Shown: positions 17,286 through 28,155 of the stretch, in pieces
How positions within the stretch are numbered: position 1 is the first letter of the stretch
How the letters are laid out: every line of letters begins with the position of its first letter
From: Alphaproteobacteria bacterium
Lineage (GTDB): Bacteria; Pseudomonadota; Alphaproteobacteria; Rs-D84; JAERRO01
Assembly (NCBI GenBank): GCA_016735395.1
Contig: JAERRO010000017.1
Location: forward strand, 1 to 58,450
Reading direction: 5' to 3'
Length of the DNA stretch: 58,450 nucleotides
Made by a program: the position numbers and the translations under genes
The notes under the pieces: model-generated
Seen by the model: only the letters and a program-made list of their open reading frames with translations
Databases searched by the model: none
Told to the model about the DNA's origin: nothing

Positions 17286-17789
17286 ATGAATTTACCAGAT
17301 CATTCTAATACTAACGACTTCTCTATTATGGACATAATGTCTAAAATTAAAAAGAAGTTAAACAATCCTGTAAAGAGAAGAGAGATGTTAAGCAATCCTA
17401 TGATGACGGAAGATTCTCCTGTTAAGTCTAACTATATGGAAGATAGAGAGACACCGAGAAAGGACTTTTTGACTAAAAGAACAGAGGTCGATGATATACA
17501 GAATATTACTGATAGCAAAAAAACCGAAGATTACGAGTCCCAGCAGGAAGTTGTCTCTCAAGAAGATAATAACAAGGTCGTTCAGTTGCATCCTAGTAAA
17601 ATAATATCTACCGTCTATTTTTTGACTAACGATATGATAAACCGACTTTCTGCTCAAGTTGCGAGAGATATATCTATAGCATATAAGATACCGTTCGCTA
17701 AAAAATTTATATTCGATCTTATCCGTGAAAGTATGCAAAAGAATCTACAGTTATTGAGAAAATCTGGAAACAGAAATCTAAAAAATTAG
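17286..17789 (+). CDS. Hypothetical acidic protein (weak PopZ/DUF2497-like layout)
   Basis: 167 aa. The N-terminal DFSIMDIMSKIKKKL resembles the PopZ N-terminal helix. The middle is acidic and low-complexity, and the C-terminus is helical. Resemblance is by eye only. Confidence 0.35.
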   Translation: MNLPDHSNTNDFSIMDIMSKIKKKLNNPVKRREMLSNPMMTEDSPVKSNYMEDRETPRKDFLTKRTEVDDIQNITDSKKTEDYESQQEVVSQEDNNKVVQLHPSKIISTVYFLTNDMINRLSAQVARDISIAYKIPFAKKFIFDLIRESMQKNLQLLRKSGNRNLKN

Positions 17790-17825
17790 TTGAAAAAAGC
17801 TATAAAGTTTATATAATAAGATTAA

Positions 17826-17902
17826 GCACTTGTAGCTCAACTGGATAGAGCATCTGATTACGAGTCAGGAGGTTTGGGGTTCGAATCCCTACAAGTGCGC
17901 CA
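17826..17902 (+). tRNA. tRNA-Arg (anticodon ACG), CCA encoded
   Basis: Hand-folded cloverleaf: acceptor GCACTTG/CAAGTGC, D-arm GCTC..GAGC, anticodon stem TCTGA/TCAGG with loop TTACGAG, T-arm TGGGG-TTCGAAT-CCCTA. Confidence 0.9.
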
Positions 17903-17992
17903 CAATAGTTTTTACTAAAATCACAATTGTATTAACTAGCTTGTAAAATAAGCTTGATATAAGTAAAAAAATTGCTATAATAAAGTAATAAT

Positions 17993-18069
17993 GCATCTGT
18001 AGCTCAACTGGATAGAGCATCTGGTTTCGGTTCAGAAGGTTTGGGGTTCGAATCCCTACAGATGCGCCA
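17993..18069 (+). tRNA. tRNA-Arg (anticodon TCG), CCA encoded
   Basis: Same D-arm, variable loop and T-arm as the upstream tRNA. Acceptor GCATCTG/CAGATGC. Anticodon loop TTTCGGT. Confidence 0.9.
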
Positions 18070-18096
18070 AATTTTAGACTAGACACCCGACAAAAT

Positions 18097-18828
18097 TTAT
18101 AAAGACAATTTTCTTGCAGATCTATTATTTTTGACAGACATAAACCTAGTTGACGGTGAGGTTGAAGTCTCTATTATCATCGCCGAACAATTATCTAAAC
18201 CGTAGAAGTCTTTTATGTTATTATCTAGTGCTAATCTTTTGAGCTTAATTTTTTCTTCGTTTTCAAAGGTCTCATAATGCGGGACAGAAAATCCTTTTAT
18301 AAGTTCAAGTCCTTTAAACAGTTTTAACTCGAACTTTGAGTCTATCTTTTCGTTGTCTTTATTATCATAGAAATCGAACCAACAAACGGCTCCAGCACTG
18401 ATACCTGCTAGAACTATACCATATTTTTTATCTATATCTCTGTAAAAGACTTTTTGTAGAATTTTATCTATACTGTTCTTTTGCCATATATCGAACATAT
18501 TATAGGTATTTCCGCCCCCTACATAGACTATATCTGCTGTCGAGATTATTTCTTCTATATTATCTACAGGACGATCATCCGTTAACCTTAAATGTTTAAC
18601 TTTACACCCTAACCGTTTACCAAAGTGTTCGTCTACGGCATCGCAATAGCCTACAGAATCGCCTGAAGCTGTAGGTAGAAAAACTACCGTCGGATTTTGT
18701 TTGAATGTTAACCTTATCATTTCTTTCTCTATCTCGAGGGTCTCTACAGGATGTCGTTTTATAGAACTATCGGCTAAAATTTCGGTTCTACCTATTTCTC
18801 CACCGCCGACGGCTACGATACTGGTCAT
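18097..18828 (-). CDS. Peptidase S51 family (dipeptidase E-like)
   Basis: 243 aa. VVFLPTASGDS, DIVYVGGGNTYNM and the nucleophile region GIVLAGISAGAVCWF. Confidence 0.65.
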   Translation of the reverse strand: MTSIVAVGGGEIGRTEILADSSIKRHPVETLEIEKEMIRLTFKQNPTVVFLPTASGDSVGYCDAVDEHFGKRLGCKVKHLRLTDDRPVDNIEEIISTADIVYVGGGNTYNMFDIWQKNSIDKILQKVFYRDIDKKYGIVLAGISAGAVCWFDFYDNKDNEKIDSKFELKLFKGLELIKGFSVPHYETFENEEKIKLKRLALDNNIKDFYGLDNCSAMIIETSTSPSTRFMSVKNNRSARKLSL

Positions 18829-18838
18829 ATAGTTTCCT

Positions 18839-20470
18839 TTATTCTGTTAAATTCAACGACTTAAAGCCAACTTGTAGTAGTTCTACAGCTTTATTAACGA
18901 GTTTATCTTGCCCGTGAGTCGGGTCAAAATATCCTTGTAGAGACTTCGTCACGACGACTAGGTCCGCTAGAATCAGTTGATGGCTATCAGATTCAATATA
19001 TCTTCTAAAGACAAATAGACTATAGAACATATCTATAAGCAGTTGTTTTTGTTCTCTAGGGCTACTATCGTCCAGTTCTTCTACAGGTTTATGCACAGAC
19101 AATGCCGTCCATTCTAGAATACTAGACTTATCGACAATACTTAACTCTTCAGGGTTAAAAACAACATTTTTGGTATGATCATTTTGCATCTCTAACCACC
19201 GAATATCTAGCGGAGAATATGCGGTACCTGTTAAAAAATCTTCTAGAATTAAAGACTCACCGCTACGACTTTTCATAGGTTTACCGTCTATACCGTTATA
19301 TGTTCCAAACTTGATATGTCTAGTCTTGATGCCATTAGGACATAGGTTTAAAATTTTGGCTACAGTAAAAAGTTGTTCAAAATGTAGTGATTGTCTATCG
19401 TCCACAACATATAATCCTATATCAAAACCGTCTTTATCGTTCTGTACTAAAGTAGCCAGATCTGTCGCAAAATATGTCAAGGCTCCGTCTCTATTGACTA
19501 GTATAGGAGGAACAAGATTTTTATGTTTCAGATCTACTATTATGGCTCCCTCATCTTTTTTGACTAGATAGTGAGATTTTATCTTTTCTATAATCTCTAT
19601 GGCAGAATCTTGAAAATATGATTCTCCTCTTAGAGGTGCATCGGCGATAATAGGACAACCAAGATCCATAAATTGTTTTTTTAGATTCTTACTAGTTCCA
19701 TAGATAAGTTGCTCCCAAATAGCCATAAACCCTTTTTCTCTAGCCTGCAATTTTTCTGTATAGCACCTCACTTTTTCTAGAAATTCCTTATCGTCTCTAA
19801 TCCGTTGAGATCCTTTAATATATAGAGGCGGTATTTTATTAAAGTCTATTTTACAATCTTTAAAATCGTCTATATTTTGAGACAGAAAGCACTTATATTT
19901 TTCATCTTCCGTTAGCATAGCAATGATAATACCTACAGGTCGTCCCCAGTCTCCTATATGATTATCTGGTATTACATCGTGTCCTAGTGTAGTCAACATA
20001 TTTAAAATTGCTTCCCCTATAATAACAGATCTCATATTACCTACTTGCAGAGGTTTAGCGATATTAGGAGAACCGTAGTCTACGATAATCCGTTTTCTAT
20101 CTTCTTTTGGGATAACGAGCATATCTGCTATAGAGTTGTCTACAAAGTTCTCTTTAAAATAAGACAACATACATGGCAAAGACAGTTTCATATTGATGAA
20201 CCCTCCCCCGGCGATAGAAACATCCTCAAAAATATCTAACTTATTTATTTGCAGTTCTTTTAAATCTTTTACGAGTAAAACAGCAAATTCTAACGGCTTC
20301 ATATTAACGACTCTAGCGAGTCTCATAGCTTCATTACATTGGATATCTCCGAGATCTGGTCTATCTGCTCTTCGAAGCCATTCTCCTTGAGCGAAGTCTA
20401 CTCCTTCGAACTTTAGGTACATTATAAAAATCGCTTCTATTTTACTAGAGACTATATTAAAAAAACTCAT
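18839..20470 (-). CDS. argS: Arginyl-tRNA synthetase (HIGH motif substituted)
   Basis: 543 aa. IIVDYGSPNIAKPLQVGNMRSVIIGEAILNMLTTLGHDVIPDNHIGDWG aligns by eye with E. coli ArgRS ([24 protein letters not shown]...ANHVGDWG). GKPMKSRSGE is also present. The start overlaps the sspB stop (ATGA). Confidence 0.85.
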   Translation of the reverse strand: MSFFNIVSSKIEAIFIMYLKFEGVDFAQGEWLRRADRPDLGDIQCNEAMRLARVVNMKPLEFAVLLVKDLKELQINKLDIFEDVSIAGGGFINMKLSLPCMLSYFKENFVDNSIADMLVIPKEDRKRIIVDYGSPNIAKPLQVGNMRSVIIGEAILNMLTTLGHDVIPDNHIGDWGRPVGIIIAMLTEDEKYKCFLSQNIDDFKDCKIDFNKIPPLYIKGSQRIRDDKEFLEKVRCYTEKLQAREKGFMAIWEQLIYGTSKNLKKQFMDLGCPIIADAPLRGESYFQDSAIEIIEKIKSHYLVKKDEGAIIVDLKHKNLVPPILVNRDGALTYFATDLATLVQNDKDGFDIGLYVVDDRQSLHFEQLFTVAKILNLCPNGIKTRHIKFGTYNGIDGKPMKSRSGESLILEDFLTGTAYSPLDIRWLEMQNDHTKNVVFNPEELSIVDKSSILEWTALSVHKPVEELDDSSPREQKQLLIDMFYSLFVFRRYIESDSHQLILADLVVVTKSLQGYFDPTHGQDKLVNKAVELLQVGFKSLNLTE

Positions 20471-20943
20471 TCTCTTTCTCCGTCTTTATCTTTAGCAATA
20501 TTTTGCAGTTCTTTAATAGATATTATATCTTTTTCCAGTACTTTATCGTTGTGATTAAATAATGTTTGTGAGATAGGAACTGTATCTACACTCTCTTTTA
20601 GTGGCAATACAAATTTAGATTTAGCATCTACGAGACTAGTCATAGCATTAAACGGCACATATATAGGAGTTAGTTTATCATTAAAAATAAGCTCTATAGA
20701 GAAACCTGAATTGTTTACTTTTAAGTTATAATATTCTTTTTCTATTACGATAGTAATCTCCTCTGGATATTTTTCTAGTAAAAATGCCGGCAGAACGACT
20801 CCGTCCATTGTAGTTTTAAAAGAAATGTATATTTCTTGATTAGGATCTATGCCATCTTCGGCTATAGTCGTCAAAATACGGTTAGCGACCCACCTCAAAG
20901 ATTGTTGTAATAATGTGTTATATTCTTTTAGAACTGTAGACAT
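20467..20943 (-). CDS. sspB: ClpXP adaptor SspB-like protein (alphaproteobacterial type)
   Basis: 158 aa. YNTLLQQSLRWVANRIL...EIYISFKTTMDGVVLPAFLLEKYPEEITIVIEKEYYNLKV...IYVPFNAMTSLVD follows the alpha-SspB pattern. Confidence 0.55.
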   Translation of the reverse strand: MSTVLKEYNTLLQQSLRWVANRILTTIAEDGIDPNQEIYISFKTTMDGVVLPAFLLEKYPEEITIVIEKEYYNLKVNNSGFSIELIFNDKLTPIYVPFNAMTSLVDAKSKFVLPLKESVDTVPISQTLFNHNDKVLEKDIISIKELQNIAKDKDGERE

Positions 20944-21132
20944 ATTTTCTCCTTACTACAAGATCCTATATGTAGCATAGATTCTACTATTATACAACCC
21001 CTTTAACAGGTACAATTTTCTTTACAAGAATTGAGAAAAGCTATGTATATCTAGATTACAGAAAGGACTTGAAAAACGAATAAATAGTTTCTATACTACT
21101 ATATTATATTTCAAACAATTAAAGGATATATT

Positions 21133-21750
21133 ATGATACTTCCTCTGATGCCGAATGCTACAGCAGTATGGCTAATAGACAATACGACTTTGACTTTCAA
21201 ACAGATAGCAGATTTTTGTGGTAAAAACGAACTAGAGATAAATGCTTTATCGAATGACGAAAGGAGAAGAATTCAAGGACTAAATCCTATTACTAACGGA
21301 CAATTAACCAAATCAGAAATAGATCGTTGTCAAGATGACGGCAATGCTAAATTGACAATTTCATCTACTGGCGAGATGTTTCAAGAAGTAGAGAGCAACA
21401 GAAAGAAGGTTAGAAAATATATACCTATAGCGACAAGACAAAACAGATTAAACGGTATATATTGGGTAATAAAAAATTATCCTCATCTAAAGAATACTAC
21501 AATAGCAAAGTTATTGTCATCTACTGCGAAAACGATCGGTTCTATCCGAGATAAATCGCATAAAAACTTTACTCAATTGATACCGCAAAATCCTATAGTT
21601 CTAGGTCTATGTAAAGAGGCGGATCTAAAAAGAGTATTAGAAAAAAACAAGAAAAGTGAAGGACTACAAAACGATACAGATAAATCTAAAGAAGATGCGA
21701 ACAGTGCTAGTAAAATGTACGAAGCACTTAATAGCTCTAGTAACGAGTAA
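21133..21750 (+). CDS. DUF1013 domain protein (alphaproteobacteria-specific family)
   Basis: MILPLMPNATAVWLIDNTTLTFKQIADFCGKNELEINAL...NPITNGQLTKSEIDRC matches the DUF1013 N-terminus. TTGAAA-N17-TATACT lies upstream. Confidence 0.7.
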   Translation: MILPLMPNATAVWLIDNTTLTFKQIADFCGKNELEINALSNDERRRIQGLNPITNGQLTKSEIDRCQDDGNAKLTISSTGEMFQEVESNRKKVRKYIPIATRQNRLNGIYWVIKNYPHLKNTTIAKLLSSTAKTIGSIRDKSHKNFTQLIPQNPIVLGLCKEADLKRVLEKNKKSEGLQNDTDKSKEDANSASKMYEALNSSSNE

Positions 21751-21756
21751 AAATTT

Positions 21757-23772
21757 ATGACTCAGAAAGAAGACAAAAACTTTAGTCCTAAAAGTTTACT
21801 TACTAAAGACGACAGAGAATTTATAGAAACATTATCGTTAGAAGTTAAAGAATTTGTAAACGGTGCTATTGAGGACAACTTTTTCTCAAGGGAGAATTTA
21901 GGAATTATCTGTGCTCAAGAAAAAATGGTAGAAGATAACATCTCGGATATAACTTCTTTTCTAGAGGACATCTTGGGGATAACGAACACAGATTCAGATA
22001 TAGAAAAAGACGACATATCGACATTTTTAGATGAAGAAGAATCAGAGGACGATACTTCTTCTAGTAAAAATGTGGAGGAAGAAGAGATCATCGTGGATAA
22101 AGTAGATGATACCGCCGAAGAGGAAGAAGAATTACTGGGGGAAGGACAAAAGACTCCTATAGTCCGAAATTCTATGACATCGTATATCAGCGGACTAGGT
22201 TCCTTCGGCAGACTTACAAGTAGCGGAGAAATAGCTATATATCAGAGAATTGAGGCGGGCGAAAATCTATTGGTAAATTGTTTAGCTTCTAGTCCTAAAT
22301 CTTTATCTATGATGTTAGATTGGCACGAAGAAGTGATAGCAGAGACAAAGCCTCTCCGTTCATTTTTAAATTGCGAACAAATGTATACTAGGAGCGAAAG
22401 TTTTATAGATCCTATCCAGTCGAAGATTGACCGAGATGCCAGAAACAATAGACCCAAAGAGGAGCCTTCTACCGATGCTAGTAATGAAGAATCTTTTACA
22501 ACCTCACCTCAAGCTATAGAAGCAGAATTACGACCTGCTATAGACGGATATTTTGGGGAGGTAAAAAAATTACTTCCAGGTTTTATTAGGACACAGAACA
22601 AAATTATTGATCATTCTATCGACGGTACTACACCTTCCCCGTCGTTATTGAGTTCTAGAAACCGTCAGCAGATAATTTTAGCAAAGGTACTTAAAAACAT
22701 CAGTTTTTCCAGCGACTTTTTAGAAATAGTAACGGACGACCTAAACTCTTATCAAGTTATCTTGAGAGGTTTAGAAAGCAAGTTGATTCAGTTAGCCATT
22801 AAAACAAAAGTACCTCACAAAGAATACCTAAAGCAGTATCTTACATACGAGTTAAACTCCGAGTGGTTAAACGAAGTACAAAAATTGAGTCCAAAATGGG
22901 CAAAATTTGCAGATCTATACGAAGGAACTATAATCAAAATTCGCAAGAACATCTTGGATGTTGTTTCTACCGTAAAATTGGATATACAAAAATTTAGAGA
23001 ACTTAACAAAAAAATACATATAGCTCAAGAAAAAATTTCTGATGCTAAAAAGGAAATGATACAGGCTAATCTAAGGCTAGTAATGAGGCAAGCAAAATAT
23101 TCTCAAACTTTTTTATTACCGTTTCTAGATTTATTACAAGAAGGCAACACAGGTTTAATTCGGGCGGTAGATAAATTTGATTATAAGAGGGGTTATAAAT
23201 TTTCTACATATGCATTATGGTGGATAAAACAGGCAATAAATAGATCTATTACAGAACAAGGCAGTACTATTCGTATTCCGGTACATATGAACGACACTAT
23301 AGCGAAGATAAATAAAAAGGAGAGAGAATATTTAAGTACTCACGGGAAGTTGCCTACGATAGAACAATTATCTAACGAGATTTTTATGAGTAAAGAGAAG
23401 ATAATTAAGGCAAAGAAAATTTCGAAAAAGATAACCCGTTTAGATGCTCCCATAGGAAATTCTGACGACGGCTCTGATACTCAAGGGATGATGATAGCCG
23501 ATCCGTATAGTATAAGTCCTCTAGAAGCCGCGGTTCAAAAAAACAGGAGAGAAGTTTTATCTAATGTTTTATCTACTCTGGTTCCACGAGAAGAACGGGT
23601 CTTGAGAATGAGATTCGGTCTAGGGGTTCAGGCGGATTCTACTTTAGAGGAAGTCGGCAAAACTTTTAATGTTACTAGAGAACGGATAAGACAAATTGAG
23701 GCGAAAGCTATGAAAAGGCTAACACACAAAAGCAGAGCTAGTAAGTTAAAAGGCTTTTTAGAGGAGCAATAA
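21757..23772 (+). CDS. rpoD: RNA polymerase sigma factor RpoD (sigma-70)
   Basis: 671 aa. Acidic N-terminal region. Region 2 NLRLVMRQAKYS...GNTGLIRAVDKFDYKRGYKFSTYALWWIKQAINRSI. Region 4 TLEEVGKTFNVTRERIRQIEAKAMKRL. Confidence 0.95.
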   Translation: MTQKEDKNFSPKSLLTKDDREFIETLSLEVKEFVNGAIEDNFFSRENLGIICAQEKMVEDNISDITSFLEDILGITNTDSDIEKDDISTFLDEEESEDDTSSSKNVEEEEIIVDKVDDTAEEEEELLGEGQKTPIVRNSMTSYISGLGSFGRLTSSGEIAIYQRIEAGENLLVNCLASSPKSLSMMLDWHEEVIAETKPLRSFLNCEQMYTRSESFIDPIQSKIDRDARNNRPKEEPSTDASNEESFTTSPQAIEAELRPAIDGYFGEVKKLLPGFIRTQNKIIDHSIDGTTPSPSLLSSRNRQQIILAKVLKNISFSSDFLEIVTDDLNSYQVILRGLESKLIQLAIKTKVPHKEYLKQYLTYELNSEWLNEVQKLSPKWAKFADLYEGTIIKIRKNILDVVSTVKLDIQKFRELNKKIHIAQEKISDAKKEMIQANLRLVMRQAKYSQTFLLPFLDLLQEGNTGLIRAVDKFDYKRGYKFSTYALWWIKQAINRSITEQGSTIRIPVHMNDTIAKINKKEREYLSTHGKLPTIEQLSNEIFMSKEKIIKAKKISKKITRLDAPIGNSDDGSDTQGMMIADPYSISPLEAAVQKNRREVLSNVLSTLVPREERVLRMRFGLGVQADSTLEEVGKTFNVTRERIRQIEAKAMKRLTHKSRASKLKGFLEEQ

Positions 23773-24870
23773 TGGAATTCAAAGAGTCCCGTCAACTTAT
23801 TAAAGACACAGGTAGTACTATAGATCTATTAAGGAGGTCGCTTTGACGGCCCAAGCATTCGGTTAAAAATAGAAGCAATTGACGGTCAACTACTTGATAC
23901 TCAAAACGACTATAAACAAATTGCAGAACTTCATCGAGAGAGGAAGAGGTTAAACGACAGTGTCGTATCGCTAGAATCGTTAGTTTCTAGACATAAAATG
24001 CTAAAAGAGTTAATAGACATTATAGATGGAGAAGATGCCGGTATAGACGATGATATTAAAAAAGATTGGCTATCAGATTTTAAAGATTTTTTTGATAAAT
24101 TAGAGAAGTTCAAAATTACGACACTATTCACTGGTAGCGACGACGAGTCGTCCGCCTTCGTAGACATAAATGCTGGAGCCGGTGGGACTGAAGCTTGTGA
24201 TTGGGTATCTATGCTAGCTAGAATGTATTCAAAGTGGGCTACAGAAAATAATTTTATTACATCTATAGTATCTAGTCAAAATGGCGAGGTCGCGGGATAT
24301 AGGTCTATTACACTAGAAATTAAAGGGGGCTTTGCCTTCGGTTGGCTAAAATTCGAGAGCGGAGTTCACCGTCTAGTTAGAATATCGCCTTTTGATTCAA
24401 AATCTAAAAGGCACACTAGTTTCGCTGGTGTCAAAATATATGCTGACAACGATAAAAACACAGATATTACTATCTTGGCTAAAGACATTAAGATAGACAC
24501 ATTCCGTTCTAGTGGAGCCGGCGGACAAAGTGTTCAGAAAACTAACAGTGCTGTCAGGATTACTCATCTATCGACAAATATTGTAGTTCAGTGTCAAAAT
24601 GAGCGGTCTCAAATTCAGAATAAAGAGTTCGCTATGAAAATGTTAAAGGCTAAACTATACGATCTAGAGACGAGTAAAAAAAGTGCAGACAAACATACGG
24701 CCTTCACAGAGGAAAGCGAAAACGAGTGGGGTTCACAAATAAGGTCTTATATTTTACAACCGTATCAGTTGGTAAAAGACTATCGTTCTAACTTTGAAAG
24801 TTCTAATACTACGGCAATACTTGACGGAAATATAACAGAACTTCTAATAAAAAATTTAGAAGTACTTTAA
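23772..24870 (+). CDS. prfB: Peptide chain release factor 2, requires programmed +1 frameshift (join 23772..23843, 23845..24870)
   Basis: ATG at 23772 overlaps the rpoD stop (TAATG). Frame 0 reads MEFKESRQLIKDTGSTIDLLRRSL then TGA. The +1 frame continues in phase with ORF 23998..24870 and carries SPF (RISPFDS) and GGQ (SGAGGQSVQKT). Confidence 0.9.
23832..23847 (+). promoter_or_regulatory. prfB recoding site: SD-like AGGAGG + CTT TGA C
   Basis: aggaggtcgctttgac was read directly. The spacing and shifty CUU-UGA-C match the canonical RF2 autoregulatory frameshift site. Confidence 0.9.
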
Positions 24871-24968
24871 AATGTAATTAAGTGTATACTATTAAATAGA
24901 AAAATAATAAAGTTTTCTATTGAAATATGGTGTAAAAGTTTTGTATACTATGACAAAAGAGGAATTTT

Positions 24969-25508
24969 ATGAATAGAATATTATTTATGGCTTGTATAAG
25001 TATCTCATTAGTCGGTTGTATAAAATATAATCAACCTATGAACTCAATAGACAACGGGACGAACCGTATCGATAGTCTTACGGCTCCGATTCTAGAATCA
25101 TCTCAAAGTAATAATGCCGTTAACTTCAACCAGTTAACAGATAAAGATATTCAGGATATAGGGGTAAAATGGGAGAGTAATAAAACTATAACTAGATCTA
25201 TAAACTATAAAGGAGTCGTCGTTCGTATAGACAAACTCCGCGGAGACACTGACATTCAGTCTATGAGATTGCGAGCTATATATAATGACAAACCTAAATT
25301 TGTATCACAAGATGCAATTAGTCTATTAAACGATATTGCGGAACACGAGATGACTCAAATGTGCGGGCCTAATGCTAGCGATGTTATATTGTTGGAGAAC
25401 AAGATTTCTGCAGATGTCTCTAGACCGACACCATTTTACAAATATAAAGTTCTAGCATCTGGCACGACTGTTAGAGAATATAAATTCAGATGTCTATACA
25501 ATAGATAA
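24969..25508 (+). CDS. Hypothetical lipoprotein
   Basis: 179 aa. Signal peptide with lipobox ISLVGC. Confidence 0.5.
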   Translation: MNRILFMACISISLVGCIKYNQPMNSIDNGTNRIDSLTAPILESSQSNNAVNFNQLTDKDIQDIGVKWESNKTITRSINYKGVVVRIDKLRGDTDIQSMRLRAIYNDKPKFVSQDAISLLNDIAEHEMTQMCGPNASDVILLENKISADVSRPTPFYKYKVLASGTTVREYKFRCLYNR

Positions 25509-25688
25509 AAAATTCAAATAGAAAAATTACAAAAATATAACGACATAGATCGTAGTAATTTCTGTGGTATCGAACACCGCAGAACTATTTAGACTGGTAT
25601 AGAAATCTAATTGGTATCCTAAAAATAGCTTTTATCATATAAGGATTATAGAATTTTTTATTCTATAAATTATAATTTTACAAAATGA

Positions 25689-25766
25689 TGGCGGAATTGA
25701 CGGGACTCGAACCCGCGACCTTCCGCGTGACAGGCGGACGCTCTAAACCAACTGAGCTACAACTCC
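25689..25766 (-). tRNA. tRNA-Asp (anticodon GTC), CCA encoded
   Basis: The reverse complement folds as GGAGTTG-TA-GCTC..GAGC-G-TCCGC-CTGTCAC-GCGGA-AGGTC-GCGGG-TTCGAGT-CCCGT-CAATTCC-G-CCA. Confidence 0.9.
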
Positions 25767-25831
25767 ATAGTATAGAAACTATACACTATAATTTTAAAAA
25801 TTCAAGATAAAAGATAAAAAATTTACTATAA

Positions 25832-26977
25832 TTACATAGCATGACAAGAAGGTTCTTGTCTTAATAGTTGTTGATGTTCTGTCGGACTTAAATTCGTTAT
25901 AGGTACTATATAGCATCGTAGAGCATCACGGATGATAAAAACTTTAGTATTATTTCTAACGGCTTCTTGCATATCGCCCATTACTTTAGAGCTTAAAAAT
26001 TGGTTAGGAGAATATAAGTCATTCGTCAGTCCGGCCATTACGACTTGTCTAGCGGTATTGTAATTTACTAATGACTGTGCGGAGTAGACATTGAAACTAG
26101 AAACTGTTGTACTAAAAGTCGATGCTGTATTATATGTGTTAACTGTATTAACTGTGTTAGCTGTGTTCGCAGAGTATGTGTCTTTTATAATATTACTCAT
26201 ATAAGATTCCGAGGTATAATCAGTACCTACAGACGGAGAGAACGACATCTGTGTTTGACATGCGAGGTTCATTTGATTTATATATCCTATCAAAATTTCA
26301 TCCATTGCATCTTTCCACCCTGTACCTTTTTTGGAATCGTCGAGAGTAATAATTTTGGATATCATACCGAAAGTAGACCTTACATTTCCGCCTTCATAAA
26401 ATTTAGAAACCATCAGATCTGTTCCCCCTCGCACCCCTGGTCCACATGCGAGCATCAGTCTTGATTTTAAAGAAGATGCCGATTCCTGTCCAAAAGCTAG
26501 AGCAGTTTGATGGCATGCCATAGATGCATTTAATTGTTCTTTCTTATTTAGACAGTCTTCAGATCTATTACTTATAAGTTGCGATGCTGCTACTAAACTA
26601 GACAAATAGATATTGATTGAAGACGATATATATGGAGAACAGTTAGAAGCGGTTGAAACTATATTTCCTGATGCCCTCACTTGTGCGGAAGAGTTATTGG
26701 CCAGGCAAACCTTGACAGCTTTAGTTAAAGTTATAGGATCCATGTTAGAGCATAATCTTGCAGGTTGATTCTGAGCCAGAGAGATCTCTCCACAGTAAGA
26801 TGAGAGGCAGTCGGAAATAATTTGAGGGCATATAACACTAGGCGAAGTCAAGTTATCACGATATTGATATTTCTGATCTAGAGAATAATCTCTACGAAGA
26901 AACTTCGCACTTGGTGCGGAATATCCTAGAACGACAGGAGGAACTAGAATTAATAAAGAAAATAAAATACGATACAT
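25832..26977 (-). CDS. Hypothetical secreted Cys-rich protein
   Basis: The likely start is the Met at 26977 (MYRILFSLLILVPPVVLGYSAPS signal peptide, purine-rich RBS), not 27025. It has many Cys residues and an ANTANTVNTVNTYNTAST low-complexity stretch from a 9-bp-periodic DNA repeat (~26140..26175). Confidence 0.5.
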   Translation of the reverse strand: MYRILFSLLILVPPVVLGYSAPSAKFLRRDYSLDQKYQYRDNLTSPSVICPQIISDCLSSYCGEISLAQNQPARLCSNMDPITLTKAVKVCLANNSSAQVRASGNIVSTASNCSPYISSSINIYLSSLVAASQLISNRSEDCLNKKEQLNASMACHQTALAFGQESASSLKSRLMLACGPGVRGGTDLMVSKFYEGGNVRSTFGMISKIITLDDSKKGTGWKDAMDEILIGYINQMNLACQTQMSFSPSVGTDYTSESYMSNIIKDTYSANTANTVNTVNTYNTASTFSTTVSSFNVYSAQSLVNYNTARQVVMAGLTNDLYSPNQFLSSKVMGDMQEAVRNNTKVFIIRDALRCYIVPITNLSPTEHQQLLRQEPSCHAM

Positions 26978-27056
26978 AAAGCTCTCTTCTTCCTCTATTA
27001 TACAAATAACTATGCATAAAATCAAGTTTTTTTACAAATTAAAAAGCGACATATAA

Positions 27057-28127
<1,071 letters not shown>

Positions 28128-28155
28128 ATATAATATATTCACAAGATGTTCTGAT

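Noticed and set aside
17889-18086. 65-aa minus-strand ORF
   Set aside because: It is the reverse complement of the two tRNA-Arg genes and their spacer, so it is not a plausible CDS.
25560-25585. GAAC...GAAC element that looked like a second SOS box
   Set aside because: The spacing is N6, not N7. It sits inside an imperfect hairpin (TTCTGTGGT/ACCGCAGAA) downstream of a lipoprotein gene, so it is more likely a terminator-like stem than a LexA site.
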